DNA from: Thermotogaceae bacterium
GTDB lineage: Bacteria > Thermotogota > Thermotogae > MWEM01
Assembly: GCA_012744415.1 (NCBI GenBank)
Contig: JAAYCF010000138.1
Location: 1-11,177 of the forward strand
Direction: 5' to 3'
DNA: 11,177 nucleotides
Below the pieces are notes generated by a model. The model did not search any database. It saw nothing but the letters and a program-made list of their open reading frames with translations, and was not told the DNA's origin. The translations under genes and the position numbers were made by a program. Shown here one piece after another: positions 6,962-11,177 of the stretch. The first letter of the stretch is position 1. The number at the start of each line of letters is the position of its first letter.

Positions 6962-8371
6962 ATGCTTCAGAAACAAGAAATGGAAGAGGTTTTAAGCATA
7001 CTACTCGAGGCGGGAGGGGATTTCGGAGAACTTTTTTTTGAAGACACGCGTTCCGCGGAAATGTCTATGATAGACGGCAAACTCGAGAAGGTCAACTCCG
7101 GAAGGATTTGCGGAATCGGGTTAAGAGCCTTCCTGAATACGAATGCGGTCTACGCTTATACCAATGATCTCTCCATCGAAAACCTGAAAGGGACGGCCCG
7201 GAGAATAGGTAAAGCGTTAAAAGGCCTGCCGAAACCCCAAGAACCGTTTATTCTCAACGAAAAACATTATGAAACGAAGCTGCCCGTTTTATTGCCCTTC
7301 GAAATCATTGAAAAACGAGAAAAAAAACACGTGATGCAAATGGCGAACGAAGGCGCGAGAACTTATGCGCCGTCGGGAAGTGCTTTAGCGGATTTGATCG
7401 GCCAGATAGAGGTCAGTTATTTGGAAAAGGATCAATATGTGCGGATCGCTAATACCGATGGAATGCTTACCGAGGATCGCCGAAGAAGGACCCGGCTGAC
7501 CACGAGGGTTATCGCGGCTGAAAACGGTCAAAAAGAGACCGGTTCGAGTTCTCCGGGATACGGAACAGGTTTCGAATTTTACAACCTCATCGACCCGAGG
7601 GAGGTCGGGCAAGAAGCCGCCCGTATCGCGCTTCGAATGATACGCGCGGACTACGCTCCTGCTGGAATGATGCCGGTTGTGATTGGAAACGGCTTCGGCG
7701 GCGTCATCTTTCATGAAGCGTGTGGGCATTCTCTTGAAGCGACGTCTGTCGCGAAAGGAGCGTCCGTCTTTTGTGGTAAAGTCGGGCAGAAGATTGCGAA
7801 TGACTGCGTGAACGCGGTAGATGATGGCACGATCCCGAATGCCTGGGGGACTAGCACCGTCGATGACGAAGGAACACCCACCCAAAGAAATCAGTTGATC
7901 GAAAACGGGATCCTAAAAGGATATCTGGTGGATCGTCTGAATGCCCGAAAGATGGGGGCGAATCCGACAGGAAGCGGTCGTCGCGAAAACTATACCTACG
8001 CGCCGACCTCACGGATGTCCAATACCTTCCTAATGCCAGGACAATCCATACCGGAAGAGATTATAGCCAACACCGAAAGGGGCTTGTACGCGAAGACGAT
8101 GGGTGGGGGTTCCGTTCAACCGACAACCGGCGAGTTCAACTTCGCCGTGCTAGAAGGGTACCTTATAGAAAAAGGACGGGTGGTGAAACCGGTACGCGGC
8201 GCTACCCTTATCGGGAAAGGCCATGAAGTATTGGAAAAGATCGATATGATCGGGAATGACCTTACGAGATCCCAAGGAATGTGCGGCTCCATTTCGGGGT
8301 CGATCCCGGCAGATGTCGGACAGCCGACGATCCGTGTTTCCGAATTGCTGGTGGGGGGGCGAAATACATGA
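6962..8371 (+). CDS. tldD: TldD metalloprotease (TldD/PmbA family, HExxxH)
   Basis: 469 aa. 'AGMMPVVIGNGFGGVIFHEACGHSLEA', 'GTPTQRNQLIENGILKGYLVDRLNARKMGANPTGSGRRENY', 'KPVRGATLIGKGHEVLEKIDMIGNDL' and 'VGQPTIRVSELLVGG' align almost motif-for-motif with E. coli TldD. An AAGGAGG SD sits 7 nt upstream. Confidence 0.9.
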   Translation: MLQKQEMEEVLSILLEAGGDFGELFFEDTRSAEMSMIDGKLEKVNSGRICGIGLRAFLNTNAVYAYTNDLSIENLKGTARRIGKALKGLPKPQEPFILNEKHYETKLPVLLPFEIIEKREKKHVMQMANEGARTYAPSGSALADLIGQIEVSYLEKDQYVRIANTDGMLTEDRRRRTRLTTRVIAAENGQKETGSSSPGYGTGFEFYNLIDPREVGQEAARIALRMIRADYAPAGMMPVVIGNGFGGVIFHEACGHSLEATSVAKGASVFCGKVGQKIANDCVNAVDDGTIPNAWGTSTVDDEGTPTQRNQLIENGILKGYLVDRLNARKMGANPTGSGRRENYTYAPTSRMSNTFLMPGQSIPEEIIANTERGLYAKTMGGGSVQPTTGEFNFAVLEGYLIEKGRVVKPVRGATLIGKGHEVLEKIDMIGNDLTRSQGMCGSISGSIPADVGQPTIRVSELLVGGRNT

Positions 8372-9735
8372 ACTTCGAAACCTTTAAAAACGCTGTCTTC
8401 GATATCGCTGCAAAAAAAGGCTTAAAAAACTACGAACTCTTCGGCATGGAACAGCGAGAATTTGAAATTAACTTTTTTGAAGGCGCGATCGAAGGTTACA
8501 AAGATGCCTCTTCCTCTGGGGCCAGTTTTAAAACGATCGTCGATGGGAAAGCAGGAATGAGTTTTACCGAAGTCTGGACGCCGGAAACAGCTGAAAAGAT
8601 CATCGACGATGCCTGCGAGAACAGCCAACAGGTTGACGCTTCGGATCCCGAGTTTATCTATGAAGGAAACGGTTCCTATCGCACTTTCCCGCCGTTTGAG
8701 GATCGATACGTGAAACTGCCGGTTGAGGAGAAGATCGCCTACGGCTTGGAGATGGAGAAGGCGGCGAAAGCGCATCATCCCTCGATCGTGAATATTCCCC
8801 ACTGCACCTATTTCGACGCGGCAGAGAGGTTTTACGTGAGTAATTCTCACGGGGTTCATTTGGAATGTGGCCGTGAAGGCGGAGGAGGGTACCTCGTCGC
8901 GGTCGCTTCAGACGGAAAAGCCGCGAAAACCGGTTTAGAGTTCGTCGCGCAGGAATCTCCTGTCGGTTTGGATTTTGTGACAATGGCGCAAAAAGCGGCA
9001 GAAAGAGCCCTGAAGAAACTCGGCGCAAAAAGTATCAAAAGCGGGAAATATCCGATTATCCTTGATTACAATATGGTCGGCGAATTGTTATCGCTTTTTT
9101 CATTTATGATCAACGCCGAAAACGTGCAAAAAGGGTTATCGCTGTTAGCTGGAAAGCTACATCAAGCGATCGTTTCTCCCGCGATCACTATCGTCAACGA
9201 ACCTTATATCGAAGGCGGAATCTCGAATATCCCTTTCGATGCTGAAGGCGTACCGACAAAGACGCTAACGATCGTACAGAACGGGATTTTGGAAACCTTT
9301 TTGCATCGCATCAAAACGGCTAAGAAGGATGGTGTTCCTCCGACGGGCAATGCGACACGAGGGCGATACAATCAAGCGCCGGCGATCGCTCCGCAAAATC
9401 TGTTGCTGCGCGCGGGTCCGCTCTCTTTGGAAGAACTGATGCGAAAGATGGGGGATGGCCTCTATATCACGGACCTGCAAGGGATGCACTCCGGCGCGAA
9501 TCCGTATTCCGGGCAATTGTCGCTCGCTGCGGAAGGCTTCAGGATAGAGAACGGAAAGATCGCTTATCCTGTAGAACAGATAACGATCGCCGGGAATGTG
9601 TTGGAACTATTCGGGAAAGTCGCCGGGATCGGGTCGGAGTCGAAGCTTTCGTTGCCATCAGGTAACTTTAGCGTTTATTGTCCTGATCTCTATTTTTCCG
9701 AAGCGGATATCGCCGGGACGGAATCTCCTTCTTGA
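8368..9735 (+). CDS. pmbA: PmbA/TldE, the partner subunit of TldD
   Basis: The ATG at 8368 overlaps the tldD TGA (ATGA) and follows a G-rich SD-like stretch (GGTGGGGGGG). The product is 455 aa. 'PFDAEGVPTKTLTIVQNGIL', 'GVPPTGNATRG', 'LEELMRKMGDGLYITDLQGMHSGANPYSGQLSLAAEGFRIENGKIAYPVEQITIAGNV' match the PmbA family. The ORF-track start at 8281 is an in-frame upstream extension inside tldD and was not used. Confidence 0.88.
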   Translation: MNFETFKNAVFDIAAKKGLKNYELFGMEQREFEINFFEGAIEGYKDASSSGASFKTIVDGKAGMSFTEVWTPETAEKIIDDACENSQQVDASDPEFIYEGNGSYRTFPPFEDRYVKLPVEEKIAYGLEMEKAAKAHHPSIVNIPHCTYFDAAERFYVSNSHGVHLECGREGGGGYLVAVASDGKAAKTGLEFVAQESPVGLDFVTMAQKAAERALKKLGAKSIKSGKYPIILDYNMVGELLSLFSFMINAENVQKGLSLLAGKLHQAIVSPAITIVNEPYIEGGISNIPFDAEGVPTKTLTIVQNGILETFLHRIKTAKKDGVPPTGNATRGRYNQAPAIAPQNLLLRAGPLSLEELMRKMGDGLYITDLQGMHSGANPYSGQLSLAAEGFRIENGKIAYPVEQITIAGNVLELFGKVAGIGSESKLSLPSGNFSVYCPDLYFSEADIAGTESPS

Positions 9736-10325
9736 AAAAAGTGGGGATAACCGGATCCATTGCTTCCGGAAAATCTGTAGTGAGTCGATACTACGAAAGA
9801 AAAGGATATCCGGTCGTTTACGAAGACGAGGTGGGACATCAAGCGCTTGCGGATCAACGAATCCTTAAAAAGATCATCTGTTTCTTTGGAAATGGGATTT
9901 TAGGCGCTCACGGCGAAATCGACCGGAAAGCATTGGGAAATATTGTTTTCTCTGATCCCGAGGCATTGCGTAGCCTGAACGCTATCGTCCATCCTTGGAT
10001 GATCTCTCAAACGTTGTCGCGTTTTTCGGCCTTAGAAGAAACACGTTATCCGCTTGTCTTTTTGGAAGCGGCGATTCTGTACGAAATGAGTTTAGACCGG
10101 CACGTCGATTCGGTTGTTTTCGTCGACGCGACTCAAAAAACCCGAATTCAACGCCTCATGACCTCTCGCGGTTATGACTTGGCTGAAGCGCAAAAGCGCG
10201 TGAAAGCGCAACGTATCGGACAATACAAAAAGAAAAGCGATTTCGTTATTCGTAATGAAGGCACGCTTGAATCACTATACCAACGATGCGACCGCCTCTT
10301 GAACGTTTTATTGGCAAACGGGTGA
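9732..10325 (+). CDS. coaE: Dephospho-CoA kinase
   Basis: There is a P-loop 'GITGSIASGKS' at the N-terminus, and the length (~195 aa) and overall pattern are CoaE-like. The start is TTG at 9732 overlapping the pmbA stop (TTGA); the in-frame GTG at 9741 is an alternative. Confidence 0.8.
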   Translation: MKKVGITGSIASGKSVVSRYYERKGYPVVYEDEVGHQALADQRILKKIICFFGNGILGAHGEIDRKALGNIVFSDPEALRSLNAIVHPWMISQTLSRFSALEETRYPLVFLEAAILYEMSLDRHVDSVVFVDATQKTRIQRLMTSRGYDLAEAQKRVKAQRIGQYKKKSDFVIRNEGTLESLYQRCDRLLNVLLANG

Positions 10326-10347
10326 AAACCCGTTTGCCTCACGGTTT
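10326..10347. terminator. Short hairpin in the 13-bp gap between convergent coaE and the MaoC-like gene, overlapping the MaoC stop codon; a possible bidirectional terminator
   Basis: AAACCCGT / ACGGTTT form a 7-bp stem with one bulged C and a 7-nt loop. T-runs flank it on both strands (TTT on plus, GTTTT on minus). The stem is weak and short. Confidence 0.25.
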
Positions 10348-10743
10348 CATGACTTCGGCTTCGCCGATGATCACCTTTTCTCCACTTTCGCTGATGACAT
10401 CTGTTCTCAAGATCAGCCGCTTTTTTTCGTCATTCTTTTCTGTCACTTCCACCTCGACGGTCACCTTATCCCCGATAAAGACTGGCCGTCTGAAACGAAC
10501 CTTTTGCGACACATAGATCGTCCCGTCACCCGGAAAATCGCGCCCAAGAACCTTCGAAATAAAGGATGCCACGAGCATCCCGTGGGCGATTCGCCTACCA
10601 AACTGCGTTGTTCTGGCGAATTCCTCGTCGAGGTGGACGGGGTTCATATCCCCGGTCAGTTCCGCGAAAGCTTTTACGCGTTCTTCCGAAACGAGGAATT
10701 CTTGCCGGTTAATCATTCCGATACCGATATCCGAAAAATCCAT
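10339..10743 (-). CDS. MaoC-like (R)-specific enoyl-CoA hydratase / hotdog-fold dehydratase
   Basis: 134 aa. 'FAELTGDMNPVHLDEEFARTTQFGRRIAHGMLVASFIS' is the MaoC dehydratase signature. An SD-like GGGGGT sits 6 nt before the ATG on the minus strand. Confidence 0.85.
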   Translation of the reverse strand: MDFSDIGIGMINRQEFLVSEERVKAFAELTGDMNPVHLDEEFARTTQFGRRIAHGMLVASFISKVLGRDFPGDGTIYVSQKVRFRRPVFIGDKVTVEVEVTEKNDEKKRLILRTDVISESGEKVIIGEAEVMKP

Positions 10744-10760
10744 AATCTACCCCCTAGCCG

Positions 10761-10779
10761 ATCGAACCGTTTGTTCGAT
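10761..10779. promoter_or_regulatory. Perfect 7-bp inverted repeat ATCGAAC-N5-GTTCGAT, a possible operator in the 5' leader of the MaoC-like gene
   Basis: I read the palindrome directly from the sequence. It lies between the predicted minus-strand TSS and the start codon. Confidence 0.25.
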
Positions 10780-10789
10780 AATCCCCTTT

Positions 10790-10818
10790 ATACTAACGGA
10801 CGCGTTGATAAATGTCAA
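10790..10818 (-). promoter_or_regulatory. Candidate sigma70-type promoter for the MaoC-like gene
   Basis: The minus strand carries TTGACA (plus coordinates 10813-10818), a 17-nt spacer and TAGTAT (plus 10790-10795). This places the TSS near 10782, about 38 nt upstream of the ATG. Confidence 0.35.
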
Positions 10819-10909
10819 GGGGGGAGCGAATTTCGACTATACCGAGCTGTTCGTGCCCGTTGTCGGACTATCCTCCCCAAAAAGGCGCGTTTACTGATAG
10901 TAGATATGT

Positions 10910-10939
10910 TTGTTTTTTATTAACTGTTTCGGGTATAAT
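10910..10939 (+). promoter_or_regulatory. Candidate promoter for the TPR lipoprotein gene
   Basis: A perfect TATAAT sits at 10934-10939 with TTGTTT 18 nt upstream. The leader to the GTG is ~30 nt and includes GGGAG. Confidence 0.35.
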
Positions 10940-10974
10940 TCTTCCATTACCGTCGAATAGGGAGTGATTGAAGT

Positions 10975-11177
10975 GAAAAAAGCGGGTTGGTTGGGGATTC
11001 TTTTTGTCGTATTCATACTCTTCTTTTCTGCTTGCGCCTACATCGATATTCGGCCGATGATTGACGCCGGGTTCACTTATCTCAACTCGGGAGACTTGGG
11101 TACTGCGGAAACATGCTTTCGAGAAGCGCTCAGAAGGAATTACTCACAACCGCAAGCCAATCTCGGACTTTCTCTGA
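10975..11177 (+). CDS. TPR-repeat putative lipoprotein; N-terminal fragment that continues past the window end
   Basis: A GTG start lies 8 nt after GGGAG. 'VKKAGWLGILFVVFILFFSAC' is a signal peptide with a lipobox-like FSAC. 'GFTYLNSGDLGTAETCFREALRRNYSQPQANLGLSL' is TPR-like. There is no ATG in frame; an alternative GTG is at 10966. Confidence 0.55.

Noticed and set aside
7385-7885. 166-aa minus-strand ORF inside tldD, with similar antisense ORFs at 650-1040, 1037-1309, 1364-1564, 3378-3701, 8422-9028 and 9265-9516
   Set aside because: All are antisense to strongly supported conserved genes. They have no SD or start context and Arg/Pro-rich composition characteristic of spurious reverse-frame ORFs.
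8281-8367. In-frame N-terminal extension of pmbA starting at ATG 8281 inside tldD
   Set aside because: It lies wholly within the conserved TldD C-terminal motif region. The ATG at 8368 gives a canonical ~455-aa PmbA with the ATGA overlap and an upstream G-rich SD.
10504-10923. 139-aa plus-strand ORF overlapping the MaoC-like gene and the intergenic promoter region
   Set aside because: It is antisense to a well-conserved hotdog-fold gene and runs through the predicted promoter or operator. It has no recognisable domain.
1-11177. Search for CRISPR arrays, IS or transposon ends, integrase or att sites, tRNA or rRNA genes, and large direct or inverted repeats
   Set aside because: None were seen. 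Coding density is very high with only one intergenic region over 25 nt, and there are no repeat-spacer periodicity or terminal inverted repeats.

Overview
This is an ordinary-looking bacterial chromosomal segment of about 48% GC. It holds nine to ten co-directional plus-strand genes that are tightly packed or overlapping, with 4-nt ATGA/TTGA/TAATG start-stop overlaps and SD-like motifs at almost every junction and no visible internal terminators. A convergent minus-strand gene follows, then a divergent promoter region and the start of a further plus-strand gene. In order: hflK (3' end), hflC, a YigZ/IMPACT-family gene, and an 847-aa polytopic membrane 'sensor-like' protein with a C-terminal GAF-like region and no recognisable output domain. 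Next is a translationally coupled trio of membrane-anchored extracytoplasmic proteins: a small HExxH zincin resembling the Peptidase_MA_2 pattern, a probable degenerate LCP paralog, and a bona fide LytR-CpsA-Psr enzyme. These are followed by tldD, pmbA/tldE and coaE. On the minus strand is a MaoC-like hotdog dehydratase, and after a 231-bp divergent promoter region a TPR lipoprotein begins and runs off the window. I found no rRNA, tRNA, CRISPR array, IS or transposon, or long repeats. The most interesting material is the output-less sensor protein and the zincin + pseudo-LCP + LCP trio it sits in front of, all embedded between membrane-protease modulators (HflKC) and the TldD/TldE protease pair. 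All functional calls rest on motif recognition by eye and still need HMM or structure searches to confirm.
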